From: Macrostomum lignano
Taxonomy: Eukaryota
Length of the DNA: 64,000 nucleotides
Direction of reading: 5' to 3'
Assembly (NCBI GenBank): GCA_002269645.1
Contig: NIVC01000172.1
Span: 396,558-460,557, forward strand
The notes below the pieces were generated by a model. It worked only from the letters and a program-made list of their open reading frames with translations, ran no database searches and was not told where the DNA came from. Positions 33,240 to 47,279 of the stretch are shown piece after piece (position 1 is the stretch's first letter; each line of letters opens with the position of its first letter). The translations under genes were made by a program, and so were the position numbers.

Positions 33240-33759
33240 GGAGAGGTAATGGGAGGCCTGAAGGATCGGAGGAGAGGTAATGGGAGGCCTGAAGGATCGG
33301 AGGAGAGGCAATGGGAGGCCTGAAGGAACGAAGGAGAGGTAATGGGAGGCCTGAAGGATCGGAGGAGAGGTAATGGGAGGCCTGAAGGATCGGAGGAGAG
33401 GTAATGGGAGGCCTGAAGGATCGGAGGAGAGGTAATGGGAGGCCTGAAGGATCGGAGGAGAGGTAATGGGAGGCCTGAAGGATCGGAGGAGAGGTAATGG
33501 GAGGCCTGAAGGATCGGAGGAGAGGTAATGGGAGGCCTGAAGGATCGGAGGAGAGGTAATGGGAGGCCTGAAGGATCGGAGGAGAGGTAATGGGAGGCCT
33601 GAAGGATCGGAGGAGAGGTAATGGGAGGCCTGAAGGATCGGAGGAGAGGTAATGGGAGGCCTGAAGGATCGGAGGAGAGGTAATGGGAGGCCTGAAGGAT
33701 CGGAGGAGAGGTAATGGGAGGCCTGAAGGATCGGAGGAGAGGTAATGGGAGGCCTGAAG
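33240..33759 (+). repeat. 31-bp minisatellite x~17 downstream of PAK
   Basis: Unit ggagaggtaatgggaggcctgaaggatcgga. Confidence 0.95.
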
Positions 33760-33882
33760 TATCTCTAAACCTGAAGTACTTCTCAAGATTTTAAATACTT
33801 CCGAGAATCTCATTTACGTACACCGAAAAAAAAAAACTGAATGAATCCGATCCAGGCAATAAAAAGAAGTCCTTGAACCGAC

Positions 33883-36800
33883 TCAAGCTTGCTGGCTGGC
33901 GTCTTTAGCAGCCAGAATCAGCGGGGTGAGACTGCTCAAAGGTTTAGCCAGCCGAATAAACGGATGGCTGAGCAGCTCGCTAGCAGTGGCTCGCCGATCG
34001 ACATCGACTTCAAGGCAGCGGTCTAAGAAGTCCTGGAATACTGGCGACAGCTTCTGACGGTCCTTGATGTGCGGCTTGCCGTTGGAGGCGATCAGGTACA
34101 GCGCGCGCAGCGGGTTCTCGTTCAGGTAGGGCGGCTCACCGTCGATCATCTCAATGGCCATGATGCCCAACGACCAGATGTCCACCTTGGGGCCGTAGGC
34201 CTTGCGGGACACCAGCTCCGGGGACATCCAGTAGGGCGTGCCGACCATCGTGTGCCGCTGGCCGCCGCCTTCCAACTGGGCGCAGAAGCCGAAATCCGTC
34301 AGCTTCACAGAGCCGTCCATGCCTGAGTCAGGGGCAGATGGGGAGGGTTGTACAGCTCTGCGATTCTCATATGGGGTTGTACAGCTCTGCGATTCTCATA
34401 TGGGGTTGTACAGCTCTGGGATTCTCATATCGGATTGTACATGTACAGCTCTGGGATTCTCATATGGGGTTGTACAGCTCTGGGATTCTCATATCGGATT
34501 GTACATGTACAGCTCTGCGATTCTCATATGGGGTTGTACAGCTCTTGCTATTCTAATAACGGGTTGTACAGCTTTGCGATTCTCATATCGGGTTGCACAT
34601 GTACAGCTCGGCGATTCTCATATGAGGTTGTACAGATCTGTGATTTTCATATCGGGTTGTACAGCTCTTGCTATTCTAATATCGGGTTGTACAGTTCTGC
34701 GATTCTCATATCGGGTTGCACATGTACAGCTCTGCGATTCTCATATCGGGTTGTACAGATCTGTGATTTTCATATCGGGCTGCAGGGCAATTCTTATATC
34801 AGGCGGTGCCTACAGCCAACAAACTAAAAACTGTATTTTGTACATAGGTGGACAAAACAAGGTTAATAATGGAATTGATAAACATAAAAAACTGAACTTT
34901 AAGAAAGTCATGCAAACATGTGCAAGTGTTCTGCCCGCAAACTCTCTACAAACATTTCTTGACTAAGTACCCGAAAGCTTTGCGACATAAACTGCCCTGT
35001 CTAGATGAGCTGAGACTAACTAAAATCAATGCATAGTGTATCCATAATGCTATACAATATCCTAATGGTATATGGATGGATCAAGCATAATTCTATAGTT
35101 TTGTTACATGCTGACTTGTTAGGCAGATCAATCTTAATGCATTTGGTCTAGCGCTCTCTCTCTCTCTCTCTCTCCCCCCTAAACTCTGCGCACATCGACA
35201 TGGCTGGCAGAGAATGCAGGCAAATATGACTTTAATAAAATCTGTGCACCGTAGCATCGGCCGCGCAAACACAAATACGCCTTAAGAGCGTTTTATGACT
35301 GCTAATTGGAATTAACTGACGCAAGCAAAACCGGTGGATAGGGACGGGCGGTGAATAGGGACAGATAGAAACACCGGTGAATAGATAGAAACACCACTGA
35401 TAGGGACAGGTAGAAACACCAGTGAATAGAATCAGATAGACACACCGTTGAATAGGGTTAGATAGAAACACCGTGAATAGGGACAGGTGAAACACCGTGA
35501 ATAGGATAGAAACACCGGTGAATAGAGATAGATAGAAACACCGTGAATAGGGACAGATAGAAACACCGTGAATAGGGACAGGTAGAAACACCGTGAATAG
35601 GGACAGGTGAAACACTGAATAGGGACAGATAGAAACACTGAATAGGGACAGGTAGAAACACCGGTGAATAGGGACAGGTAGAAACACCGGTGAATAGGGA
35701 CAGGTAGAAACACCGGTGAATAGGGACAGGTAGAAACACCGGTGAATAGGGACAGATAGAAACACCGGTGAATAGGGACAGGTAGAAACACCGGTGAATA
35801 GGGACAGGTAGAAACACCGGTGAATAGGGACAGATAGAAACACCGGTGAATAGGGACAGGTAGAAACACCGGTGAATGGGGACAGGTAGAAACACCGGTG
35901 AATAGGGACAGGTAGAAACACCGGTGAATGGGGACAGGTAGAAACACCGGTGAATAGGGACAGGTAGAAACACCGGGAATGGGACAGATAGAAACACCGG
36001 TGAATGGGGACAGGTAGAAACACCGGTGAATAGGGACAGATAGAAACACCGGTGAATGGGGAAAGCTAGAAACACCGGTGAATAGGGACAGGTAGAAACA
36101 CCGGTGCATGGGTAGGAACAGTTTCCTGGTGATAAAGCGAATGAAATATGCAAAATGTAATAAAAATACAGAGCAAAGACTCACCCAGCAGCACATTGTC
36201 GCTCTTTATATCGCGATGGATGACGCCGTTCTCGTGCAGAAATTCCAACGCTTTCAGCACCTCTTTGCACACGGCTCCGATCTGGCCTTCGTCCATGCAG
36301 GTCTCGGTAACAACATCGGTCAGGGACCCGCCGGCCAAGTAGTCCATGACAACCCAGAGCTCCTCGCCAACCAAATAGCTGTCCATGTAGTTCACAATGT
36401 TCGGATGCTTATTCTCCTTCATCACTAGAATCTCATTAATGATGAGATCTTTCTTAGGCTGCTGGGCCAGGTTCATCTGCTTGATGGCCAACTCCCGGCC
36501 AGTGGCCACCTCCCGGCCCATGTGGACGACCCCGGACGCGCCCTGGCCGATCTGGCCGATCTTCTCGTACTTGGCTGACGGCGCCCCGGCGCTCACGATG
36601 AAGCGCAGCCTCTCCTGAACCTCGGCGTCTGTCAGCTTCTTCTTCTGGGGCCGCTTCTGCTGGCGCGGTTGCTGTTGCAGACTCTGCTGTTGCTGCTGTT
36701 GTTGTGAAACAGATCCGCCATTGTTTACAGAAGGCTTTTGCTGCTGCGGCTGCTTTTCTGTTACGGATTTCTGCTGCATTAGCGGCGTCTGAGGCGGCGG

Positions 36801-38338
36801 GGGCTGCTGCTGCTGAAACTGAGGCGGTTGCTGACCAGGAGCTGCCTGCGGCGGCGGGGTCACCGGCTTTGTCCAGACAGATTTGGTCTTCTCCGGCCGC
36901 TGAGCGATGGGGGGCGGAGGCGGGGTGGCCGCGTCGGACACAGCGGATCCGGAGCCGGAGGGCTGCGGGAAGCGGCGGGGATTCAGGGTGAATTTTAATT
37001 TATCTGGAATTCTCAATCAATCTGAGAGTTATGGGGATCAATACGAATATTAGGGATACAATGGGGAGCAATCTGAGGATTAAGAAGACAATGGGATCGA
37101 TGAGGATCAATCTGAGGATAGGGATACGATGAGGATCAATCTGAGGATAGGGATACGATGAGGATCAATCTGAGGATAGGGAATACGATGAGGATCAATC
37201 TGAGGATTAAGAAGACAATGGGGGATCAAGGGGATCAATCTGAGGATTAGATGAGATCAATCTGAGGATAAGATCAGTCTGAGGATTAAGAAGACGATGA
37301 GGGGGATCAATCTGAGGATCAAGAAGACAAGGGGGACCAATCTGAGGATTAGGGGCTGATGATTTGGAAGATGACAAGTAAAAGACATAAAATCTGGGAG
37401 TTGTAGATAAGACAGGGGATTAATATGAAGGGGAAAACTCACGGATAGCACTGCTCTTGGATCACACAAAATAAAAGCTTTCATCTTACCCGAAACCCTG
37501 CGCCAGGCGCCTCAGCGGCGCCAACGTCACCCGAGCTGAGAGCCGAACCGACAGAGTCGTTGCTAGGCAACCGAAACGACGCCTGCGCCCCAGCAGCCGA
37601 AGACGCAGGAACGGGGCCACCGGCTGAGGCAGAGTTACCCTCGTGCGGCACGGTGGTCATGTACTTGTCCCGTTCAATATGATGGAAATACTGCAGCACA
37701 TCGAGCACAGCCTGTGGATTCTGCTGCTGTTCCTGCTTGCTAATATTGGAGGTCTTCAATAAGTTGTTCCACACCTCAGGCATGCCGGTGAACTCCTGCC
37801 TATTGTGATCGTAGCTCACGTGCATTGTGTGCTGGAAGTTGTGCGGACTGGAAATGCTCGGCTTTGGCGCGTCTTTCAGCATGTTGAGGGCCGCCGACGC
37901 CGCGGCTGATGAAGGCGAAGAGGCCGCGCCTCCAGATGAGGATTTGCCGCCGAAGAAGGAAATCTTCTCCTTCTTGCCGCCGCTGCTGCCGGACTTGTCC
38001 TTGGCCTTGCTGGATTTGCTGCCGCCGCTGCCCAGGCTGCTCGAGGAGCCGCCGCCCCATTTCTTCTGGTCCGGGGTGTGCGGCAGCGGCTTGCTTGGCG
38101 GCGGAGGCAGGGCCTGCTGCTGCTGCTGCTGGCTGGCGGGACTCCCGCCACCGACTAAGCGCGAGCTGCTGCTGGCGAGGCGCATCGGCGGCGCCGGCGG
38201 TCGTTCATCGGCTTCGGACTGCTGGTGCCAGCGCTGCGGCTGCTGCTGCTGCGGCTGGAACTGATGAAGCTGGCCCGGCTGATAATGATGAAATTGATGC
38301 GGCGTCCGACCGCCGCCTCCGCTGCCTGTGGCGCTCAT
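33883..38338 (-). CDS. PAK: Group I p21-activated kinase (PAK1/3-like), about 688 aa from ATG 38338
   Basis: Exons 38338-37490, 36962-36185, 34322-33883 with consistent phases. [17 protein letters not shown]; kinase [31 protein letters not shown]. The frame stays open upstream to an acceptor at 38428, so the N-terminus is uncertain. Confidence 0.93.
34340..34790 (+). repeat. ~29-bp minisatellite in PAK intron
   Basis: Unit gggttgtacagctctgcgattctcatatg with acatgt insertion variants. Confidence 0.9.
35335..36105 (+). repeat. 26-bp minisatellite in PAK intron
   Basis: Unit gtagaaacaccggtgaatagggacag. Confidence 0.95.
37020..37350 (+). repeat. Degenerate ~29-bp minisatellite in PAK intron
   Basis: Unit gatgaggatcaatctgaggatagggatac. 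Confidence 0.85.
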
Positions 38339-38420
38339 GCCGCTGCCGCCGCTGCTGTGCGAATGAGCGGCGTCATTTTGGTGGCGGTGCTGCAATGATT
38401 TTGGGAATGGTTGCGATGTG

Positions 38421-41191
38421 TCAGCAGCTGTGAAATCCTGAGGGAGGAGAGTCAGTAGCTGTGGAATCCTGAGGGTGGAGAGTCAGCAGCTGCGGAGAGT
38501 CAGCAGCTGCGGAGAGTCAGCAGCTGTGGAATCCTGAGGGTGGAGGGTCAGCAGCTGTGGAATCCTGAGGGAGGAGAGTCAGCAGCTGCGGAATCCTGAG
38601 GGTGGAGAGTCAGCAGCTGCGGAATCCTGAGGGTGGAGAGTCAGCAGCTGCGGAATCCTGAGGGTGGAGAGTCAGCAGCTGTGGAATCCTAAGGGCGGAG
38701 GGTCAGCAGCTGTGGAATCCTGAGGGTGGAGAGTCAGCAGCTGTGGAATCCTGAGGGTGGAGAGTCAGCAGCTGTGGAATCCTGAGGGTGGAGAGTCAGC
38801 AGCTGTGGAATCCTGAGGGTGGAGAGTCAGCAGCTGTGGAATCCTGAGGGCGGAGGGTCAGCAGCTGCGGAGAGTCAGTAGCTGTGGAATCCTGAGGGTG
38901 GAGAGTCAGCAGCTGTGGAATCCTGAGGGCGGAGGGTCAGCAGCTACGGAGAGTCAGTAGCTGTGGAATCCTGAGGGTGGAGAGTCAGCAGCTGTGGAAT
39001 CCTGAGGGTGGAGGGTCAGCAGCTGTGGAATCCTGAGGGTGGAGAGTCAGCAGCTGTGGAATCCTGAGGGTGGAGAGTCAGCAGCTGCGGAATCCTGAGG
39101 GTGGAGAGTCAGCAGCTGTGGAATCCTGAGGGCGGAGGGTCAGCAGCTACGGAGAGTCAGTAGCTGTGGAATCCTGAGGGTGGAGAGTCAGCAGCTGTGG
39201 AATCCTGAGGGTGGAGGGTCAGCAGCTGTGGAATCCTGAGGGTGGAGGGTCAGCAGCTGTGGAATCCTGAGGGTGGAGAGTCAGCAGCTGCGGAATCCTG
39301 AGGGTGGAGAGTCAGCAGCTGTGGAATCCTGAGGGCGGAGGGTCAGCAGCTGTGGAATCCTGAGGGTGGAGAGTCAGCAGCAGCTGTGGAATCCTGAGGG
39401 TGGAGAGTCAGCAGCTGTGGAATCCTGAGGGTGGAGAGTCAGCAGCTGTGGAATCCTGAGGGTGGAGAGTCAGCAGCTGTGGAATCCTGAGGGTGGAGAG
39501 TCAGCAGCTGTGGAATCCTGAGGGCGGAGGGTCAGCAGCTGCGGAGAGTCAGTAGCTGTGGAATCCTGAGGGTGGAGAGTCAGCAGCTGTGGAATCCTGA
39601 GGGTGGAGAGTCAGCAGCTGTGGAATCCTGAGGGCGGAGGGTCAGCAGCTGCGGAGAGTCAGTAGCTGTGGAATCATGAGGGCGGAGGGTCAGCAGCTAC
39701 GGAGAGTCAGTAGCTGTGGAATCCTGAGGGCGGAGGGTCAGCAGCTGCGGAATCCTGAGGGTGGAGAGTCAGCAGCTGCGGAATCCTGAGGGTGGAGAGT
39801 CAGCAGCTGTGGAATCCTGAGGGTGGAGAGTCAGCAGCTGTGGAATCCTGAGGGTGGAGAGTCAGCAGCTGTGGAATCCTGAGGGTGGAGAGTCAGCAGC
39901 TGTGGAATCCTGAGGGTGGAGAGTCAGCAGCTGTGGAATCCTGAGGGTGGAGAGTCAGCAGCTGTGGAATCCTGAGGGTGGAGAGTCAGCAGCTGTGGAG
40001 AGTCAGTAGCTGTGGAATCCTGAGGGTGGAGAGTCAGCAGCTGTGGAATCCTGAGGGTGGAGAGTCAGCAGCTGTGGAATCCTGAGGGCGGAGGGTCAGC
40101 AGCTGCGGAGAGTCAGTAGCTGTGGAATCCTGAGGGCGGAGGGTCAGCAGCTACGGAGAGTCAGTAGCTGTGGAATCCTGAGGGCGGAGGGTCAGCAGCT
40201 GCGGAATCCTGAGGGTGGAGAGTCAGCAGCTGCGGAATCCTGAGGGTGGAGAGTCAGCAGCTGCGGAATCCTGAGGGTGGAGGGTCAGCAGCTGTGGAAT
40301 CCTGAGGGTGGAGAGTCAGCAGCTGTGGAATCCTGAGGGTGGAGAGTCAGCAGCTGTGGAATCCTGAGGGTGGAGAGTCAGCAGCTGTGGAATCCTGAGG
40401 GTGGAGAGTCAGCAGCTGTGGAATCCTGAGGGTGGAGAGTCAGCAGCTGTGGAATCCTGAGGGCGGAGGGTCAGCAGCTGTGGAATCCTGAGGGTGGAGA
40501 GTCAGCAGCTGTGGAATCCTGAGGGTGGAGGTCAGCAGCTGTGGAATCCTGAGGGCGGAGGGTCAGCAGCTACGGAGAGTCAGTAGCTGTGGAATCCTGA
40601 GGGTGGAGAGTCAGCAGCTGTGGAATCCTGAGGGCGGAGGGTCAGCAGCTACGGAGAGTCAGTAGCTGTGGAATCCTGAGGGTGGAGAGTCAGCAGCTGT
40701 GGAATCCTGAGGGCGGAGGGTCAGCAGCTGCGGAGAGTCAGTAGCTGTGGAATCCTGAGGGTGGAGAGTCAGCAGCTGTGGAATCCTGAGGGTGGAGAGT
40801 CAGCAGCTGCGGAATCCTGAGGGTGGAGAGTCAGCAGCTGTGGAATCCTGAGGGTGGAGAGTCAGCAGCTGTGGAATCCTGAGGGTGGAGAGTCAGCAGC
40901 TGTGGAATCCTGAGGGTGGAGAGTCAGCAGCTGTGGAATCCTGAGGGTGGAGAGTCAGCAGCTGTGGAATCCTGAGGGTGGAGAGTCAGCAGCTGTGGAA
41001 TCCTGAGGGTGGAGAGTCAGCAGCTGTGGAATCCTGAGGGTGGAGAGTCAGCAGCTGTGGAATCCTGAGGGCGGAGGGTCAGCAGCTGCGGAGAGTCAGT
41101 AGCTGTGGAATCCTGAGGGTCAGCAGCTGTGGAATCCTGAGGGTGGAGAGTCAGCAGCTGTGGAGAGTCAGCAGCTGTGGAATCCTGAGGG
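38421..41191 (+). repeat. 31-bp minisatellite array (~90 units) immediately 5' of the PAK coding exon
   Basis: Unit cagcagctgtggaatcctgagggtggagagt, with interspersed 17-bp short variants. Confidence 0.97.
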
Positions 41192-44100
41192 CATGTGAAA
41201 GCCTGTGAAAGCGACCCACAAGGGGGGACTCAGGGTTGAATGATTAGGCTAAAGGATCTCAGTAATCCCTTATGCGTTTATTATTTCAAATTTCCCACTC
41301 AATCTCACCGTGTTTGAGCAGCCGCACAGCATTGCACGTGCACGAATAGATATGAGTTTTTTTGATTACTTAGAACTATTTTTACCCAATTTCTGTCACT
41401 CTATAGGAACAAAATTCAGGTCAGGATTGCTTAGTATTAATAAGATTCATAGCCACGACTCTGCCGTCATAGGAAACAGGAAATCAGTCAATATAGTAAC
41501 TGTGAAAACTAGCCAAATAGTAAACTCTCTCTCTGTGTCCATAGAATTCGGCCATGCGCACTTCCTATCCAATGTCAATGCAAATGCAAAGTGCTAACCT
41601 GCAGTCGGAAATTAATTAATACAATGATCACACCCTTTAAGATTTCCTGTGCTTTAATCATTAATAAGCCAGGGAAAATTAAATTTTTATCACAAAACTT
41701 TTGCTCAATACTACTTGAAGTGTCATGAAACGTCAACTTTAGTTTTGGCATCTGGAATTTTGATTCCCAGATGCCAAAATAAAACTTCATTGGACCAAAT
41801 AGACTCAGCAATACAAAAGGTAGGGTAGAGATATTGCTATTTTATACGACAGTTATAGAAATAAATGTGTGCTGCATCAACCTTTAATAGAAATTGCAAT
41901 TATTACTTTCATTGCTACATTGTCAATTGTCAAAAACATAAACAAAGCAATTCAAATGCTATTTTTAGGCTCTGGAGCACTAGCTAAAAAGCAATTGATA
42001 TACAAAATCAATCTAGTTATATAGGCATGCAGTCTACAGTTTATAGTCAATGAGTCTACAATGAAGTTATACTTCTTTCTAGATATTTTCTAGATGTTTG
42101 GCAATAAAAAACAATCATCAGTATAGTTTATATGCTCTGCTATATGTTTAGTTCTTTTAGAATTCATAAGCAGCTATGTGAAAAATATAGAATTAAAAGT
42201 TTGAAACAGATTGCATTTTGCAACTTTGTTTTATCTATTATAGTTCAAAAGTCTTTAAATTTCAAAAACATGATAGGACCCTATTGTGGAATGACCCATC
42301 ATATGCCCAAAACCTGTCCAACCTGTCCAAACTGGATGGATGAAATGGCTGCTGGCCATGAAAAATGAAAAATTGGGGGAAGAAAAAAAGGAGAGGGAGA
42401 GAAAAGGAAAAGAAAGGAGGGAGAAGAGAGAGGGAAAAGAGGAGAGAGAAAGAGAAGAAAAGAGAAAAAGGCAAGAACAGTCATATACAAAGTGAAAATT
42501 AAGTCACAATTGGGAGGAACTAAGTTGCAAATCTGGACAAAACTAAGTTGCACTGGATGGGTGAAATTTTGATGTTGGGCATATATGACCCATCATAGAT
42601 ATATGATATTTTTTTACCTTTTTTTCTATTTCACAATAATTCTTTTGCATGATTCTATAAAGCGCATGCCAGGTGTATTTTCTTAGGAGTGATGCATGCA
42701 ACTGTGCACACCTACTTTTGGCATGCAAGGCCAATGCACGCCTGAATTTTTGGGCATATACTATATGATCTGGAATGTGGTCCAACATATATATCACAAG
42801 TAAAATAGTTTATATAAACTTAAATTTATGATATTAGGGATCACTTTCTTAGCATACTCTGTAACAGATTTTATAGTCTGGATGCATGCCCATATTCTCA
42901 AGTCTAGGCCAGTATTTAAAAAATAATTGACTTTTTTGCCTTGCAACAAAAAACCTTTTTGCACTGCATAAAAACTTTTTTGGCTAATAATTTGGTTAAT
43001 TATGTATTTTTTGCCTTATGCTATTTGGTGTTAAATTGGGTCGGAGCGGTTGCTACCTGCGGATCAGCCCTGGGAGGGGCTTTGCCGCAATGGGCACTTC
43101 CAGGGGCCTAAGCCCGAGATACCCACTAAACTTAGTTAGACCCTAACGTCTTGGCTAGGGATGGGTGTGAACCACTACTAACCCAAGCCTATGGACTAAG
43201 GAACTGCCAACCCAAAGTGGAATCAGGGATGGTGCTAAGACCGAGTCCACCTAGACCACCACCCAGTAGACAAGTCCTCGGGAGTGCGCGCAAAAAATGT
43301 TTGAAAAAATGCTTAGATTGCTACTAAGTGTGGTCCGAGAGCGGGGAAACCCCAGAAGTCTACAGAAAAGCACAGGTTTGGAACTTAGGAGTTTGGCTGG
43401 AAGGCTTGTTTCCAAGGGCGAGTCTTCTATCAAGAGGTAAAAGTGCATAAACCCTCCTATAGGGCTGCAAGCCACAAGGGTATCACCTATCCAGCTTTAG
43501 ATTGGAGGCCAGGCCAAGGGGTTGGGAAGGGGCACAAGGCGCAAGAGGACCCAGACTTAGCCAGTATCTCCAATTTGGGACGAACTTCCTACCCAGGACT
43601 CCAGTCCACTGTCAGGATGAGAGCCAAGACACAAGGGCAGGGAAACAGCCAGAGGAGCCAGCAGTGGACCAAGGTCAGAGCAAGATAGACCGGGCAGGGA
43701 GGGCAGAGCTCAAAACTCCAGGTTAGAGTGGCACTAAGCTGGTTAGTAGGTAGGCACTACCCAGTACGTACATTAAAGGAAATAAAAACAATAAAAACAA
43801 TGGGAGAAGCCCCTGAACCCTATTAGCAGGTGGGGGTGAACCTGCAACCCGGGGCTCAGCCTCAGGACTGGCATGCTACTAGGCTCTACCGTACACCTTT
43901 GTGAATGGTACTTCTTTCTTGCAGGGTGACTGGGGGGCTCAAGTCCCATTCTAGCCACACTGTAGTCCAGAGTACACACTCACGCCAGGTACACCCCCTA
44001 AACCAAGGCCGAGGGCCAAAAAACTAATTAGAATGAAAAAAAGTTTATTTTTAAAATAGGCACAGCCCCTCTAGGGTGGACCCTTAGTAATTGGGCTAGC

Positions 44101-45790
44101 AAGAGCCAGACTCAATCCAATTGCGCACAACCGTTAGACAGGCTACCAGAGAGTCAGTCAGGGTAAAAATAGTCAGAGACCGTCCTTTTATAGCAGAAAA
44201 TTTATTAGCACAGTTTTTTAAATGCCTTATTAGGTTTAGGATCTTAAAAACTAGAAAACTTAAAATTTATATTATTAAAAATGAACTTTCTAATCTTTTT
44301 TCTTCTTAATATTAACTCTTCCACATGATTCTATAAAAAGGCATACCAGGTCAGTCAAGGTATATATATGAATCTATTTTCTTAGGAATAATATATACCA
44401 ATTGTATATACCAAATTTTTGGGCATATACCATAGTTTGGATCATACTGGGTACATGCCCAAACAAAAATTAAAAAATTACAAATGCATGCCAAAAATTT
44501 AGTGCATGCCCATTCTTAAAAATATGCTGGTGTTGCAACAATAAATGACCTTTTTAAACTGCATAATAGACATTTTTTAGCAATTATTTTGGTTGATTTT
44601 TTTGTTTTTTTCAGCAATACTAAGTGTTGTGGGTTGATGGCTTTGCCATAGACATTTTTGTTACGACTGCGTTGATGAATTGAACCATGAAATTGAGTTA
44701 TGAAATAAATGATAGATGCGTCAGAGGTCAACAGACCACTAGACTGACAATTGCTAAAGGCTAAAGCCAAAAAGTACAACACTAAGCCCTATTTGCAAAA
44801 AAAATTGATACATGCAAAAATTTGTATAAATGCTTTTTACAAGCTTAAAAAACTAGAAAGCTTGAAATTTATGCTTAAAAATAAACTTTTTTCATCTCTT
44901 TTCTACTTCATAATAACTCTTATATGTGATTCTATAAAATGCATACCAGGTATGTATGCATACTATTTTCACTGGAGTGATGCACACCAATTGTGCATGC
45001 CTACTTTTGGCATGCAAGGCCAATGCATGCCCAAATTTTTGGGCATATACTACATGATCCAGAGTATGGGATAGGGGTTGCAATCCTGGGATCCTAGGAT
45101 TTAGACATTTTTTGGGATTATAGGATCCTAGGATTAGAAGTCAGGATTATGTTGGGATTTGGGTTTAAAAATTAATATGTGAAAAATAGAAACTAAGTTA
45201 TTGAAATAGTAAAAAGCAAGGTATTATGATTAATTTATGATATAGTACATGTACATGTGCACTATGCTGTGAACAATTAGGAGCAATGAGCAAGCTAAAT
45301 GCCAGTGTGCAGATCATGTACCCATGTACACCAGAAAAAATTTAGGCATCCAGGACTTTGTATGCCAGTGTACGCCAAAAACAAAAAGTTGCGCTAAAAT
45401 ATACACTAAGAATTCCTAAAAAAAAGGTCATTTGGTTTTCATGAGTAGAGTTTTCTAAGAAAGGCTTTTGTATGAAAAGTGTTTTTAAAATATTATGAAT
45501 ATTTTCAATTTAAACAAACTTAAATTATACCTACAAAAAATATAATGCAAAATTAATACTCTTAAAAAATTACACTAATTTTATTTATTATTATTTAAAA
45601 GAAGCGAAAACTTTATCACTGACGATAAAAATTTTCCTTTACTTTACGTAAAAATGTTAATTTACATTATAATTTTCATGCACAGCATGAATTTATTCAC
45701 CAAAATTTGTAAACCAAAAAAGTATGCGTGGCTATGTTACTTGTGTATGCCAATAGTGTATGCCAACAAAGTGCGCTAGGGGTTGTGTAT

Positions 45791-47012
45791 TAGTGATGGA
45801 TCCGAATATTCGGATTCGGAATCCGAATCCGAAAAAAAGTCTTACTTTTATAGGAATCCGAATGTTTCGGATTCGGAAATTTTTTTTTCCGAATATTTCC
45901 GAATGTGCTTCTAAAATTCAAATCTAAAATAAATATTACAAATCAAGAAACCAAAGCATGCAACCCGTTAAATAAAGAAACTAAAAACTAAAAAGAAAGA
46001 AAATTAAAAGGCAAAGAGCAAAATCTATCACGTTATTCTTTTTTTCTACGATTGTCTATTTTTGCAGCAATATATGTTTAAAAAAGTTAAATAAGTGAAT
46101 TTACTAAACCTAGGGACCCGTAAGACAATAAACCTAAAGTTACGGAAATATTTAGGTAATTATTGTTTAAGTGTAATAACAGGTTTTTTCAAAATGCAAA
46201 ATTGCAACTGCACGGGTCACATGGACTGTACGTACGTACGGTAAAATTATCATAATTGCACTGTATATATATGTCACTCATTAGCTATAGTCAGTAGTAC
46301 TAGAATTAGATGTTAATGTAACACGGTAGAAGTAGAACTGAATTTCCCATCTAAGTCTGTCTCTTTAAATTTGGTTTTGCGATAGATATCAGTAGAGGTC
46401 GGACAAGCAGAAGATTTTGGTCATGCGTGAATTTTTCAAAGTCAGGCGTGATCGTGATTGTGAATTTATATTAGCATACATGTATATTGAGCTCGTAAGT
46501 TACAAGTGTTGAAAATAACAAACAAGAAAAGAAATCATACTCGTATATTGATAATAGCTACTCGGCCGTAATGCTGTCAAGTCAACAAATTTAAAATTTA
46601 TTAATTCTTTACACATGAATCGTGTTCACGTTTTTTGGTAAATCAAAGTAGAAAAGTTATGTTTCTAATAAAAACGTAAGCAGAAATTCACAACCGTTGA
46701 ACAGGTTTCAACAAAATCACTATCGTGAAAAAATGGTCCTGAATTCACGATTGTGATCACATCCGACCCCTAAGATAAAAGTACGAGTACGAATATAAGC
46801 CCAGGAGAGATGGAATCTTGTCAGTCAATTTATGTGCGCACTAATTAGATGACGAGACATTTTCGTAAATTAAAAGAGTTGTAGTTACTCCCGCCGTTTA
46901 CCTTACACTTTTTGCTTACATTCGGAAACATTCGGATTCGGATTCGGATTTTTTTTGTACATTCGGATTCGGTTTCGGAAACTTGCAAAAATCCACATTC
47001 GGTCCATCACTA
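45791..47012. mobile_element. hAT MITE
   Basis: TIR tagtgatgga...tccatcacta, perfect 8-bp TSD ttgtgtat, subterminal ttcgga/tccgaa repeats. Confidence 0.9.
46393..46772. mobile_element. Possible small hAT-like MITE nested in 45791-47012
   Basis: TIR tagaggtcgga / tccgaccccta. TSD is imperfect. Confidence 0.45.
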
Positions 47013-47279
47013 TTGTGTATGCCGATTATGTACGCCAAGGACTTAGGGTGGCCATTTTGTACACCGGAAAAGTTCTGGCATACATGCATACCATCCGCAA
47101 CCTGGGCTAAATGGTGTTAAAAACTTGAAAATGCATAAATGAGATGCTTGTTTCATTACTAAAATCAGATTTTATGACATAATCAAGGTAAACTGGGAAG
47201 AAATCTCCAATCCTGAAGTCAATCCCAAGATCCTGGGATTTCTAGTTTTTAAATATTGGGATCCTAGGATGGAAAAAAG

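Noticed and set aside
36066-36184. C-terminal extension of the PAK exon-2 ORF (ESLLCIF...)
   Set aside because: Intron read-through past the gtgagt donor at 36184. The kinase continues in the next exon.
35232-36196. Long ORFs (231-263 aa) on the minus strand, and similar ORFs at 21560-22159, 33220-33813, 34238-34966 and 9224-9520
   Set aside because: These are translations of tandem repeats lacking stop codons, inside introns, MITEs or leaders.
38421-41191. CRISPR-like appearance of 31-bp repeats
   Set aside because: There are no unique spacers and no cas genes, and the context is eukaryotic. It is a tandem minisatellite.
43035-44120. GC-richer 1-kb island as solo LTR or TIR element
   Set aside because: Only weak inverted similarity at the ends, with no TSD and no TG...CA termini identified.
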